From Takakia lepidozioides (lineage: Eukaryota > Plantae > Bryophyta), in contig CM060734.1 in assembly GCA_030704615.1 (NCBI GenBank), forward strand, positions 55,180,001 through 55,244,000: a stretch of 64,000 nt of DNA, written 5' to 3'. The position numbers were made by a program, and so were the translations under genes. The notes under the pieces were generated by a model. That model made no database searches, was not told the origin of the DNA, and was given only the letters and a program-made list of their open reading frames with translations. Of the stretch, positions 13,918-26,580 are shown piece by piece; the stretch's first letter is position 1, and each line of letters starts with the position of its first letter.

Positions 13918-15649
13918 GTTGGTAAGATTTTACAAAGCAAGTGTTTAGTGTTATGTACATAGTTTTTAGTTTTGCTGTTGTTTTACTAAATGACCCTTAA
14001 TAAGTGTTAATTTTCTTAAAATATATGTATGTATAGATGTATAAAAATACAACTTGGTCTAAGATCCTGACGCAATGACATATATCAGTTAAACCTGTAA
14101 GCTCTTGTATTTTACTTAACATGGGGTTCACTCACACTCTCTAAGTGGTTTTCAAGCTCTGTGTAAGTGTTCATTCTCTAGTAGTAAGTGTGATTTTTGA
14201 AAGATTCTTATTCTATATCTGTTATAGGATGTTAAATATCTGTATGTGTTACATTTTGATCTCTACTCCCTAGGTTTGCATGTTTGCATACCCACCGCAC
14301 AGACTTGGGGAATTATCTAAACTCCAAAAAGTGTAGATTCTAGAAGTAGACAGTCACCATGAACGGTACTGCTTTCTACCCAGTTAAGTAATAGGCCTTG
14401 AGCAGCTGCCTGGCAGGCTGCATGGATGATCATCTGTCCGGATCAGGCCTCAGAGCACACAACGTGCGATGGCTGTTAAGAGTGAGTAGGCAACCTGCAC
14501 CCCCACGCCCCTCTGCCAAGCACTGTACTTAGATTCCTTGGATCTCCAAACATCAACTCCTCCTTTCGAGTACAAAGGTACACTGGAAATCTTAGCTAGG
14601 AAGAAGGAGGAAAAAAAAATTCCAGCTACAGAGAAAGCCATAAGGCAAGGGAGAGGCTTTCCTCAGGGTTATCGAGAGAGCACGCCACCCAGTACAATGT
14701 TGACGTCATTTTCAGTCGAACCTTTTGACCCCCACGGTCCACTATTGAAGCTCGGAGATTCCAAGTCTACTGTAGCTATTTTGGAGTAAGGGATTAGGGA
14801 TTAGGGATTGGCTGTCTTTGGAGGGGTGTGGTGTGCAGTGTGCACGCTGCTCGCTGATCTCCATGTGTTAATCTTTGCCGCTTGTAAGCAAAATTAACCA
14901 AAATTCAAGTTTCCTAATCTCAGGGAGAAGATCAGTGAAGGTGCAGGGAAGCGGCCGATGGCGGACATCCATCGCCGACTTGTGGATACCAACGTATGCG
15001 TATGCATATTGCTGAGCTCTAGTAAGTTCCTGCAAAAACAGGACAGCATCCAGTACTTAACCCCATTAATGTACCATGCTTTCAATAATTCCATAAGGTT
15101 CCTCAAATGGGCGACCAGCAAAACCGATGAGATCATGAACACATCTATGATCATCTGGGGATAAACCTGTGCATTATTCCTACCAGCGTGTGATGGGGGT
15201 AATGTCAGCGTCTTCAATTTCAAGTACTAAAGCTGTAGTACTCTAATCATTGAAGCGTTCAAGAGATTTGCGAACTGATCCTGGAGTCAAGCACATGCAA
15301 TGGCTCTGTTTGATCCAGGGCTTGATTGGTAAATAAAAGCTTCGTGTATATTCGATCAGCAAGGGCTGTTAAGGCATTCAACTCTGGCCCCGAAGGCTTT
15401 TCTCTAAACGCTGGAAGTAAAGGCATAAAGGGATCGTAAAGGCATAATGCATGCCGTCGACACCAATCATACATCTGTTACCTGTAGAACAGTCCATGAG
15501 GAATAAAGAAAAGGAAAGCCTTGTACCAAATTTCCCCAACAGCCTCATACATTACAGTAATGTCTGCTGTTACGACTGCCTCTGGTGGTGAAAAGATCCT
15601 CGTGCATGTTGTGTTTGCAGTTTGGGAGGTGAAATAGGGCCTTTGAAGT

Positions 15650-16669
15650 TTGGTGATGATATTGCTTCATGGATTCCCAGGCTTCCACGTAGTTGCTCCG
15701 GACTTTCGTGGCTATGGCCGTTCTGAATGGGCAGGTAACAAGAAAGATCTCACCATAGAGACTGCCGTAGCACGACCCTGTCGGCCTCCTGGATGCTGTT
15801 CTATATGTGGTGGAGGTTGTGGCACTAGAGCGAGAGAGGAGGCTCTCTTTTGACAGTTCCCTGCGAACGTTTGCTACACAAACCCCACGGAGTCAATTGT
15901 GGGGTTTCTATCCATACGGGTATGGAAGCTCAGGCCGTAGCTCTTGAGCTGAGAGAACATCTATCCAGGTGGAGGAGTAAGAAATGATACTTTAATGTAA
16001 CAACCGTGGAAAGCTCAAAGAGCTTATGGGACAAGAGAAAGCATGAAAGAAGAAAGAGAGAAGGGCCCTCCACAAGCAGCCCAAAAACAATCACTGCTCA
16101 AGGGATTGTCTAAGAGTCAACGCCTCATGCATGTATGTTGCTAAGCATTTCTGATCCTCGTAACTCCGTGAGAGAGTCACGGAGTGGACAACAGTATCTC
16201 CCACGGATCTCGTAGAAAGGACTGAATGAAGAAATGTTCTTCACTTTCAATTTCCCTGTTGTTCTCGGCTTAACCAGGGCATAGGCGGTCCTCCCGTTGC
16301 AGGTTGTCCCACCTACCAGTCTCTATCCGCAGACTGTGGGAGCCCACCCTGAACCTCCCCAATGCCCTTAGAAGAGAGAGAGATACAGCTGCAGACAGGT
16401 ATTTGGGCAGCAAGATTCTATCGAATGTCTCCCGATAGAACTGCAGTTTTGTTGCAATCATGTCTCTGAAGCTTACGGAGGTGTTGTGATCATGTAGAGT
16501 ATACTTGGCTGGTCACGATATCGGTGCAATCATAGGGTGGTTTTTCTGCTTGCTACACCCTGAGCGCGTTCTTGCCTATGCAGCCCTAGGCTCTGTATGG
16601 CGAAAGACATCATTGGACTCAGTCAGAAGTCCTACACTCTCCGAGAATTCTTACATTGCCTGCTACAAG
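15650..16669 (+). pseudogene. Soluble epoxide hydrolase remnant split by a LINE 3' fragment
   Basis: LLHGFP and VVAPDFRGYGRS (15650-15730), then GHDIGA..W...LLHPERV (16505-16600). The segment normally between HGFP and VVAPD is missing. Confidence 0.7.
15980..16470 (-). mobile_element. 5'-truncated LINE (3' end), related to the element at 41336-43686
   Basis: FYRETF..RIL.PKYLS...LLRALGRFRVGSHSLRIETGRWDNLQREDRLCP is nearly identical to 43200-43380; TTGTCCCATAAGCTC 3' motif shared. Confidence 0.85.
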
Positions 16670-16737
16670 GTACCTCCCCATTGTTCTTTGGTTGGACTTA
16701 AATGGCATGGTAATCATGAAAATTTTATAAGTACTGT

Positions 16738-16938
16738 GGTAGAAGACAATCTACATCCACAAATCAAGGAAATCCATGCTGAGCTGAGCAGATTATTTTG
16801 CCTGACGAAAGAGGCCGGGTATGTGCCTGACACACGCTGTATATTGAGTGATTTGGAGGAGGAACAGAAGAAGTTTTCACTCTGCTACCACAGTGACAGG
16901 CTAGCCATTGCGTTTGGGCTTATCAGCACGCCCCCTGG
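16738..16938 (+). pseudogene. Isolated E+/DYW domain fragment of a PPR editing factor
   Basis: HPQIKEIHAEL..L...KEAGYVPDT..L.DLEEEQK..SLCYHSDRLAIAFGLISTPPG. Catalytic HSE reads HSD and the CxxC half is absent. Confidence 0.8.
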
Positions 16939-19900
16939 GAAGGCTAAGACCAAGTCCTTTCAGATTGATCAATTTCAGGTTGGGATGGCAATGCTTCAGT
17001 TGTGGTCAGAGATGGGCCTGCATAAATGGCAGGCCAAGCCCATGGATGTACTCTGCCTTCATACCAAACTGCCTTTTCGAGCTCGAGCTCACCGACATTC
17101 AACATAGCACTGCACTTGATGCAACCAGCCCCCCATCACTGATTGAGCAAAGGCCGATCCCAAAGGCATGCATATTAAATTTCCTGGGGGCTGCCATGAT
17201 TTCCCCCTCACTAAGCAGCTTGAAGCTGGTGCGGGAGAGTGACTTCATAGCCTTGATGGCCTCCGGAGTCAGGCTCCTTGCCTTACTCTCTACGATTGAC
17301 GTCACAACCGGAGAGATCCTCTCCAACTGCCATAGTAGGCAACGGCTGTGTCTCCTGAAAGAACTGGAACTGATGTCTAGGTAGACGCAACCGCCACTTT
17401 GATTGCAAGCGTGAAGAGCGATTGCAAGCTCAAAACCTCTATCCTACCCATCCATCCATCCATCCACAACATATATATTTGGGCGGTTATAAATGCCTCT
17501 CATTGTTTAATAATAGGGTCATGAATGCACGGGTGGGCCCCGCCTTGGGGTGAGCTTGTAAGCCCACCATTCACCGGGTCGGCGAGATTCTGAAATTTTT
17601 CTAAGTCCTTGTTAATCTACCGTGGCGGACCTTCTAGCGGACTGGGCAGACCCTCCAACAGACCGACTCCAACCTTCTAGCAGACCCTTCGGCACTCCGG
17701 CAGACCGACAAGTGGACTGGCACCTCTCCAGGGGCAGACCCCCTCCAGCAGACCGGCAGACCCTTCGACAAAATATATATTTAATAACACACATTACTAC
17801 CACAGTAGTAACATAACAAGATTTGAATACCATACCTTGTGTTTATCATTCATTGCTCTTAACCACCACACTACCAGCCACTTTCTACAAACCCTTGCAA
17901 TAACTAATGTTTTATGTGCATATTGTGGGCCCCAACAGACTAGCTCATGCGTTTTGTGGGCCGCAAACCAGCTTGCCGAGCAGACCCAGCAAGTAGACTG
18001 GCGGGGATTGGCGGGGTCCGGGTAGGGGCGCTCTCACCCTCCGCGAATCCTCAAACATCTAACACCGAAGCACCCTACAAGATGACAGCCACAAGGTAGC
18101 ATCTTTGGGAGCATACAAGCATTAAAAGGCCCTTTGAGTAGTTCTTGAGTCCCGACATTGATCATTGGAAAGAGTTAAGAAGCTTAGAGTGGATTCGTAC
18201 TGGGTTTGGCCTTACCAAAATTGACCTCAATCTTCTTCCAGACGATAACAAGGGACACAGGAAAAAAATGGCATGGAGAGCCACCAATTTATTTTGAAGC
18301 CATTATCCTGCACATTGGAAGGCCCTCTAGGTAGTCCTTCAGTCCCAACTTTGATCTGAAAGACTGATGAAGCTTGGAGCAGGTATTTGTCACGTAGGCT
18401 TCAGCTTGAATGCCCTTCATGGCCTTACTAATCTTCTTGACCTCAATCTCTTCCATTGACTTCTCTGAAAGAAAAGGAAAACATTAAAGCCAAGAGCCAC
18501 TTGGTTTGATTGGTAACCATTTCCTGCAAATGTCAGTTATCACATACCCTTGAGCCATACATTGAGCATGATACTCACATTCCTGAGCCCAATAGTGCAG
18601 TTTCAGCCAACCAAGCTGAATGAAATTCAACACAAAATTGGTTTACTGCTCTCCCATTAAAGCTGATGACAGCACGATGTTGGGTGTTCATTGAAGGGCA
18701 GCCATTAACATCAAATTGAAATAATGTAAGTTTGATGTATAAGTTGACTCAAGAACTACTTCTACAGTCCTCTACCTTGGAACCACTGGCTATGGCTGCA
18801 TCCGAGGCACAATGATGAATATGTTTGTGTGTAAAAGGACGGGAGAGGAAAAGACAGACGAGCCATAAAAACTAGCATGAGACACATAGCTGGCACAAAC
18901 ATACCCAAGTAGTCCAGTGAATTTCCCACAGGATGGACAGCGGTAGCTTCCACCAGCCGCCTGCAATCCCATGCTTCAAGGCACACTCTAGGTGGCATGA
19001 AAGACCACAAAGTGTTCAGGGTCTTCTCTGCGTGCTCATGTTGCTCACTGTGTAGCAGGTGACAGATACCACCCTTTCATGAATTGCTTTTGTAATTGTG
19101 TGATGAAAAGATAACCAAGCAGATTTCAAATGCTTTACAAGTGTGAAAACAAAAGACCACCGGTCATACATAAGAGAGTTTTTTGAAGGGGTTGAAAAGT
19201 CTAAAGACAAAACACTTCCTGCTGCCAACCCTTTCTCCTTCCTCCCTGTAAGTTCTCCTTGCTCTTTGAACTTTCTGGTGAGTGGAGGTATCTTTCTGTC
19301 AAAAGCAATGTATCTAATTAGACCACTCTGTACCTTGAAGAGAATACAAAGACCTGGCAAGCTATGCAATTCAAATAAGAAAAGGTTTCGAAGTGCTTTT
19401 GGAAGCAGTAATACAATGGTCTGTGTGGGAGATTATCGGGTTCTTCTGCCACAGTAACAGACATCTTCTAGTGTGTTCCTGTGAGGCTGACAATTGGCGC
19501 AAGCTGTTAGGCTAAGGAAGAGTAGCAGCTCTGAAAAATTCTCTCTCACAGAACAAACCAAATACCTGTCAGGAATCACATCAGGGATTGCCCTTGCAAA
19601 CATCTGATCTGGTGTATGCTCGTTGACATTTCCAATTCCTGGAGACAAGCCCCAGAACAAAAGCCATGTGATATTCTCCAACCTTTATCAATCTTTAGCG
19701 ATCTCTCTGGTCTTTTTTGTTGTCTAGCTGGTTGCGAGGAATGGGGCAACAATCTTGGGGACATTTGAATTTTCTAAATCACAGTTCAGTTTCCTTTCCT
19801 CCCTTTGAACACAGTTGTTTGATCTGAATAGCCTTTAGAACTACTATGTGGTCAATGCCTACCAAGAAGTTCCTACAGGAATTTTGATATATTCATTCCA

Positions 19901-20269
19901 TTTTAGCAGCCCCCCATCTCATTGAGTGATAGATTTAAATCTCACCTTCAAGAGGGAATGCAACATACACCTCAGAAGATGATCTTCTCTTGCCATGGCT
20001 AATACTAACTTTTTCCTCACTGGAGTTGTCAAGGAGGTTGAACCCTGCACCATAAGATAAGCCTGGCGACAGATTGTCACAGCAATATTCACAAGGCATA
20101 ATCGTTTCCTACACATAAAAATATAATTGCTGTGAATCCAAGCAAAAACCAGTTTCAAATCAAGTTGAGCGAATTACAACTTGGAGGATGAGCTGCCTTT
20201 GCTGGTCCTTTCTTGATTGTGGTTTTAGGATACTGGGCCTTCACTCCTTTGGAGAAGTCTTTATCGTTC

Positions 20270-21865
20270 TTTCTTGCCTTTCTCTCTCTGGTTTCTCTCT
20301 CGCGCGCGCGGCAGCACGTCGGCGCTCGCGCGTCGGCGCTGCGCTCACTGGCGTTGGCGCGCTCGCGCCACCTCCACCACACCATGACGTCCAAACGCCG
20401 AAGGACGGCTGTCGACGAGGTAGACTACCCGTCTCCCTCACGTCGACCTATTCCCCTATGCTTCTTCTTCCTGCCCCAGTCTCTCAACTAGCCTCTCCTT
20501 TGCGTCAGTACTCCACAAGGAGTGCTGATGTTCAAACGCTTCGGGACCAAATCTCCATCTTACAAACGAAATGCATCTCGGAGAAGACTCTGCAGCAAGT
20601 GCTCGCTGCCCGCGACAGTGACTCGGAGGAGCGGTTAGCTTCCCTAGACAAAGACTGGCAGACGCGGATGGCTTCCCTTAACAAAAATTGGGAAAAGCGC
20701 ATGGATTCCTTGGACAAAGATTGGCAGAAACGCATGACAGACAGAGACACAGACTTGGAGAACAATATGCGAGTTCAGGACAGCGTTTTGCGGGCCTCTC
20801 TTCAGGAGTGCACTAGCAAACTTCAAGGTCTGGCGAAACATCTCAATGACAAATCCACACATTCGCGTCTTTCAAAACTTGAAGGCGAAGTGAAGACCTT
20901 CACAGAGAAGAGCCTCCCAGATCCCCTCACAGCAAGCATCCACCTGCAGGTGGAATCCCTTAGCAAAGAGCTGGAAACACACAGAACTGCGACGTCTACA
21001 ATGGCTCGGGAGCTCCAAGCTCACAAGGCAGAGGCCTCCTCCTGGGCTAATATAGTTAAGGGGAGCACATCCAACAACAGTCCTCACTCTCTGGAGGAGA
21101 CAGTCTCGACTACCTTGCGAGAGGAACAGCAACGGGCTTTCAAAGCCCTTAACATCAGGGTCACTGGGAAGCTAGGGGGCCTTGCTGAGGGGGACCCTCT
21201 TGACGCTGCCACCAGCCTTATTCAGCAAAACCTTGCTCTCCCACGAGGCGCGAGTGACATTGAAAAGGCTTGGCGTGCAGGATCTTCAGAGCACAAAGTC
21301 ATCTTCATTAGATTCAAGGACAAGGGTGCTCGGGATAGAGTCCTCAGGCAGAGGCCTCAATTGAGAGGTCAGGGTATGTACCTCAACGATGACTTGACCC
21401 CTTTGCAATACAATATCATGCGGGCGCAACTCTTGCAGGTTAAGCAAGCTCGAGCTCAGGGGCACTATGTTGTGTACCGGGATGGGAGGGTAATTGTTCG
21501 GAAGCACGAACGTCGTCCCTCTAGCTCTAAATAGGGGTTGGGGCACCATGAGACCAACGCACGCTCACATCTACACATTGGCTCATGGAACTGTAATGGC
21601 TCGTTGTGGAGCCACCTTCAAAGGCTTCTAAATATTATTTCCTTGTGTGATGTTCTTTTTCTTTTGGAAACTAATGCGTATGAAGGAAAGGACCCCCCTT
21701 TTATTCTCCGTTATAGCTTTCAGTCAGTGATTCGTCCACGTACAAGTCTCAAAGGATCTGGAGGTGTGGCTTGTTACTTTGCTGACTGGCTTCTCCCACT
21801 TATCTCCTTCCCATACAAAGACCCACTGACAAGGTACATTTGGTGTCACATCAAAGGCTACAACA
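20270..21865 (+). mobile_element. LINE 5' portion: ORF1 (coiled coil plus RRM/CTD-like, ~20458-21534) and start of the ORF2 APE endonuclease (21538-21865)
   Basis: Heptad-rich ORF1 with WANIVK, LNIRVTG, IFIRFKDK and YLNDDLT, followed by IGSWNCNG..DVLFLLET..KGSGGVA endonuclease motifs. Confidence 0.85.
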
Positions 21866-22454
21866 TGTTGAATAAGACTGGTGGCAGCGTCAAGAGGGTC
21901 CCCCTCAGCAAGGCCCCCTAGCTTCCTAGTGACCCTAATGTTAAGGGCTTTGAAAGCCCGTTGCTGTTCCTCTCGCAAGGTAGCCGAGACTGTCTCCTCC
22001 AGAGAGTGAGGACTGTTGTTGGATGTGCTCCCCTTAACTATATTAGCCCAGGAGGAGGCCTCTGCCTTGTGAGCTTGGAGCTCCCGAGCCATTGTAGACG
22101 TCGCAGTTCTGTGTGTTTCCAGCTCTTTGCTAAGGGATTCCACCTGTAGGTGGATGCTTGCTGTGAGAGGATCTGGGAGGCTCTTCTCTGTGAAGGTCTT
22201 CACTTCGCCTTCAAGTTTTGAAAGACGCAAATGTGTGGATTTGTCATTGAGATGTTTCGCCAGACCTTGAAGTTTGCTAGTGCACTCCTGAAGAGAGGCC
22301 CGCAAAACGCTGTCCTGAACTCGCATATTGTTCTCCAAGTCTGTGTCTTTGTTTGTCATGCGTTTCTGCCAATTTTTGTCCAAGGAATCCATGCGCTTTT
22401 CCCAATTTTTGTTAAGGGAAGCCATCCGCGTCTGCCAGTCTTTGTCTAGGGAAG
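21866..22454 (-). mobile_element. Inverted copy of LINE ORF1 (left part), continued at 40951-41335 beyond the LTR element
   Basis: Reverse complement closely matches ~20640-21225. The match resumes after the GGAAG TSD at 40951. Confidence 0.9.
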
Positions 22455-23180
22455 TGTCGCGGCCCTTTGCCTTGAGGGCAGGGGGTCGGGACACATGAGG
22501 GGCTGCTCCTGTGGTGGGGGCAGCGGCAGCGATAGGTATGGGGGGCTGAAGCACCCTTGAGTGCCCAAGGCGCTCAAGGAGGCGGAGGCGCTCACTAGGT
22601 GGAGCCCCGCACACCGGGTTGCGGTGGGGGTGGCTCCACAAGGGGTGGTGGTAGCTTAGCGGGACTTAGTGGGGGTGGCATAGGACTCACCATGGGGGCG
22701 GAGACCTCGTGGTGGGAGTCGTGGGGAGTCTTGGGACTCATCACGGTCCATAGGGGCCGTGGTGAGTGGGCCAAGACTCACCGCGACTCACCACCGGGAG
22801 TCGAGGGTTTTCGTGGTGGTTCGCCATAAAATGGCATGGCTGGTTGTGAAACCCCCGCGGACAACTACAGAAGTATATATAGGGAGTAGTAACCCCGAGA
22901 ACGGTGCAAGCCCGTTGGTGACCAAAAACTAATGAGTAAGCGAGCGAGCTGGAAAGCGAGCAAAGAGTGGGGAGCTGTTCCGGACTGCCAACTACCAAAG
23001 GGAATTCCCGCTGGGCCGAAATCGGTGGAGGGTTCTTTGGGAGATCAAAGGGGGACCGTTATGCCCCGGTGAGCAGCCGAAGCTCTAAGTTGGCCCGGCG
23101 GTTAGGTTGGGAGTTAGGCGCGCGCATCAAAGCGAGTGACTATGACTTGAAGGGGAGCTTAGCTAGTGAGGTGCGCGACA
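22455..23180 (+). repeat. 5' LTR of the chromovirus (726 bp, TG...CA)
   Basis: TGTCGCGGCC...GTGCGCGACA, repeated at 40232-40950. Confidence 0.95.
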
Positions 23181-23182
23181 CT

Positions 23183-23194
23183 TGGTATCAGAGC
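23183..23194 (+). promoter_or_regulatory. Primer binding site, tRNA-iMet type
   Basis: TGGTATCAGAGC 2 nt after the 5' LTR. Confidence 0.92.
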
Positions 23195-24299
23195 TTAGAG
23201 TTCAGTACGTGATCGTCCTTGGGATTGGCCTCATCATGGGGTCGGGCAAGCCAAAGCGAAAGCGGAACGGCCCAAAAGATGATGATCCTGGTGAGCCCGA
23301 TGGGGGCGACGTGTCACCGAGGCGGCCGTTTGAGGAAGCGATGCATGTTTCCGAAAACGAGGCCGCTTAAGAGCAGGAGGAATCCGAGGAGTCGGAGCCC
23401 GAGGAATCCCTGAGAGCTCCGACCGACCAATAGATGCCTCCCATGCCGGCAGCCTTTTGGGAAGGGTTGTTGGCGCAGTTTGGCGGGACGCTGAAAGACG
23501 TGTTGAAGGCGGCTAATGCCACTTCCACTAAGGCAAATGTCAAGTTATTTTACCACTAGTGTGAAACTAGCTAGGAAATAGCTAGCTTTTACATATTGAC
23601 ATTTGGGATTGGCCCAAGTGTCAATCCAGGGGTCAAGGCAGATTTAGGCCCTGGAGTGGTTATCTTCACGGCAAGCGTGGGAGGCTCATCTTTCTCGAGT
23701 TGAGCCTCACCGCGCCTAGCTATGGCGCCGTAGTGTGGATTCCCCATGGCGTGGGGTGCACTTGGCTTGACTTGTATTTGAGTGATGAGGTTATATATGC
23801 ATGAGTTTATGCTTCAGCTTTGTGAGCTCGCATGAGCTTGTGCTTGTATTCTTCTTCTTTATCACTCGAGAAAGATCAGCTCGTATCTGTGAGTGCCAGA
23901 TACGAGTTAGTTGTAGCACTTGTGGTTTTTGCTTGAGAATGAGAGAAACCAAGTTGTTATGCAAGGAGCACCATGGAGCTCTTGGTTGTTAGAAGCGGAG
24001 GCGATGTGGGTTACGAGGTGGTAGACCTTGGCATTCGATCTTCAGCTTCAGAGATGAAAGCACCATGCTGCAGGGCTGGAACAGGAGCTAAGAGGTGCGG
24101 CAAGGCCATGGAATGTGCACCTGGGGTTTCAGAGCTTGGAAGAAGAGCTCTTGCACCACAAGAGAAGTGTCTTGTGGCTGGAAATGTAAGCCTTAGGGTT
24201 TCAGGAGCTTGGCAAAGGCTATGGAGTGCTTAGTCTTGTCTTAGAGAGCATCAAGGAGCCAAGGAGCCAAGATAGGGGGCTGATATCTCTTGTGTGAAG

Positions 24300-24690
24300 A
24301 GGTTGCATGTGTGGAGCATGTATTCAGCTCATTGAAGCTTCCATCTTCAAGCTTGGAGGGCAAGCAAGGAAGAGGGAAGGGCTGACTTCCCTTATGTGAG
24401 GGCAATGTATGTGTGGAGCATGCTATCAGCCTGGTGAAGGCTTGCACTTTTAGGTGTGGGAGTGCAAGAAAGGAAGGAAGGGGCTGGTTTCCCTGCAGGG
24501 CATGTAGAGCATGCTTTCAGCCTGCTGAAGCTTGTATTATCAGGTTTGTGGGTGCAAGAAATGAAGCAAAGGAGCTGATTCTCTTATGGTGAGAGTGGGG
24601 CATGTGTGGAGCATGCCTTCAGCCCATTGAGGCTCTTGTTTTCAAGCCTTAGAGAGCTAGAACGGAAGGTCTAGGGCTGGTTTCCACTTG
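24300..24690 (+). repeat. Degenerate ~100-bp tandem repeat, about 4 copies
   Basis: Recurrent (GC)ATGTGTGGAGCATG..TCAGC..TGAAG..GCAAG..GGGCTG at roughly 100-bp spacing. Confidence 0.65.
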
Positions 24691-25124
24691 GAGTGAAAGA
24701 ACAGCACTTGTAGGGCCTATGTGAGTTGGGGTTTCAACTTCAAGCTTGAAGGGAGCGCAACTCTTGAAGCAACAGGTGTAGAGGGCTGGAATAGGCTCTA
24801 AGACAGATGCTATGGCCAATGAGAGTGCTTGAATGAGTGCTCACAAGGGCTGGGAACCAGCAGGGCTTGGTTGTTTGCCATTGAGTTTAGAGGCGTGTTT
24901 GGGGAGGCTAAGTGAGAAAGAAGGCTTGGTTTGTGGCAACCACCTCATGGCTTAGGGCTACTATGGTGGTGTGTGGGAGCCGAAAGAGCAAAGATACCTT
25001 GCTGATTTCCTCACAGCCACCATAGTTCGGTGGAAAGAAACCTAGAGTCCAAGAGACACAAACCCTAGCTTGGCGTGGCTAAACCCCTTGGAGAAATGGC
25101 TAAACTGCCAGAGCGGCCATGTGT

Positions 25125-26580
25125 GGGGCTGTGACAGGCTGTGGCAAGCTGTGTCAGGCTGTGACAGGCTGTGCCCAGTGGCCTTTGGGGCTGTGACGGG
25201 CTGTGACGGGCTGTGACAGGCCGTGCCCATGGCCTTTGGGGCTGTGACGGGCTGTGAGGGGCTGTGACAGGCCGTGCCTGAGGCCTTTGGGCTGTGACGG
25301 GCTGTGAGGGGCTGTGACAGGCTGTGCCCAGTGGCCTTTAGGGCTGTGACGGGCTGTGCGGGGCTGTGACAGGCTGTGCCCTGAGGCCTGTGGGGCTGTG
25401 ACGGGCTGTGACAGGCTGTGCCCATGGCCTTTGAGGCTGTGACGGGCTGTGAGGGGCTGTGACAGGCCGTGCCTGAGGCCTTTGAGGCTGTGACGGGCTG
25501 TGAGGGGCTGTGACAGGCCGTGCCCATGGCCTTTGGGGCTGTGACGGGCTGTGCGGGCTGTGACAGGCTGTGCCCTGAGGCCTGTGGGGCTGTGACGGGC
25601 TGTGACAGGCTGTGCCCATGGCCTTTGAGGCTGTGACGGGCTGTGAGGGGCTGTGACAGGCCGTGCCCATGGCCTTTGGGGCTGTGAGGGGCTGTGAGGG
25701 GCTGTGACAGGCCGTGCCTGAGGCCTGTGGGGCTGTGACGGGCTGTGACAGGCTGTGCCCATGGCCTTTGAGGCTGTGACGGGCTGTGAGGGGCTGTGAC
25801 AGGCCGTGCCTGAGGCCTTTGAGGCTGTGACGGGCTGTGAGGGGCTGTGACAGGCCGTGCCCATGGCCTTTGGGGCTGTGACAGGCTGTGAGGGGCTGTG
25901 ACAGGCCGTGCCTGAGGCCTGTGGGGCTGTGACGGGCTGTGACAGGCTGTGCCCATGGCCTTTGAGGCTGTGACGGGCTGTGAGGGGCTGTGACAGGCCG
26001 TGCCTGAGGCCTTTGAGGCTGTGACGGGCTGTGAGGGGCTGTGACAGGCCGTGCCCATGGCCTTTGGGGCTGTGACGGGCTGTGAGGGGCTGTGACAGGC
26101 CGTGCCTGAGGGCTTTGGGGCTGTGACAGGCTGTGCCCTGTGCCCTGTGGGGCTGTGATGGGCTGTGTCAGGCTGTTACAGGCTGTGCCCAGTGGCCTTT
26201 GGGGCTGTGATGGGCTGTGTCAGGCTGTGACAGGCTGTGCCCAGTGGCCTTTGGGGCTGTGACGGGCTGTGCGGGGCTGTGACAGGCTGTGTCCTGAGGC
26301 CTGTGGGGCTGTGACGGGCTGTGACAGGCTGTGCCCATGGCCTTTGAGGCTGTGACGGGCTGTGAGGGGCTGTGACAGGCTGTGCCTGAGGCCTTTGGGG
26401 CTGTGACGGGCTGTGAGGGGCTGTGACAGGCCGTGCCCATGGCCTTTGGGGTGTGACGGGCTGTGAGGGGCTGTGACAGCCGTGCCTGAGGCCTTTGAGG
26501 CTGTGACAGGGCTGTGAGGGGCTGTGACAGGCTGTGCCCAGTGGCCTGTGGGACTGTGACGGCTGTGACCAGTGAGCTGT
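25125..26580 (+). repeat. Minisatellite: 10-bp GGCTGTGA(C/G)N units organised in ~40-50-bp higher-order repeats
   Basis: Direct reading, e.g. GGCTGTGACG GGCTGTGAGG GGCTGTGACA GGCCGTGCCC ATGGCCTTTG. Confidence 0.97.

Noticed and set aside
14450-15474. Possible GNAT acetyltransferase or other gene remnants
   Set aside because: Resemblance too weak and fragmentary to support a call.
21724-22641. 305-aa minus-strand ORF as a novel gene
   Set aside because: Chance fusion of antisense LTR sequence with the inverted LINE ORF1.
23722-23738. TGGCGCCGTAG as PBS of the nested element
   Set aside because: Only partly resembles a tRNA-Asp-type PBS and is not preceded by an LTR-ending CA.
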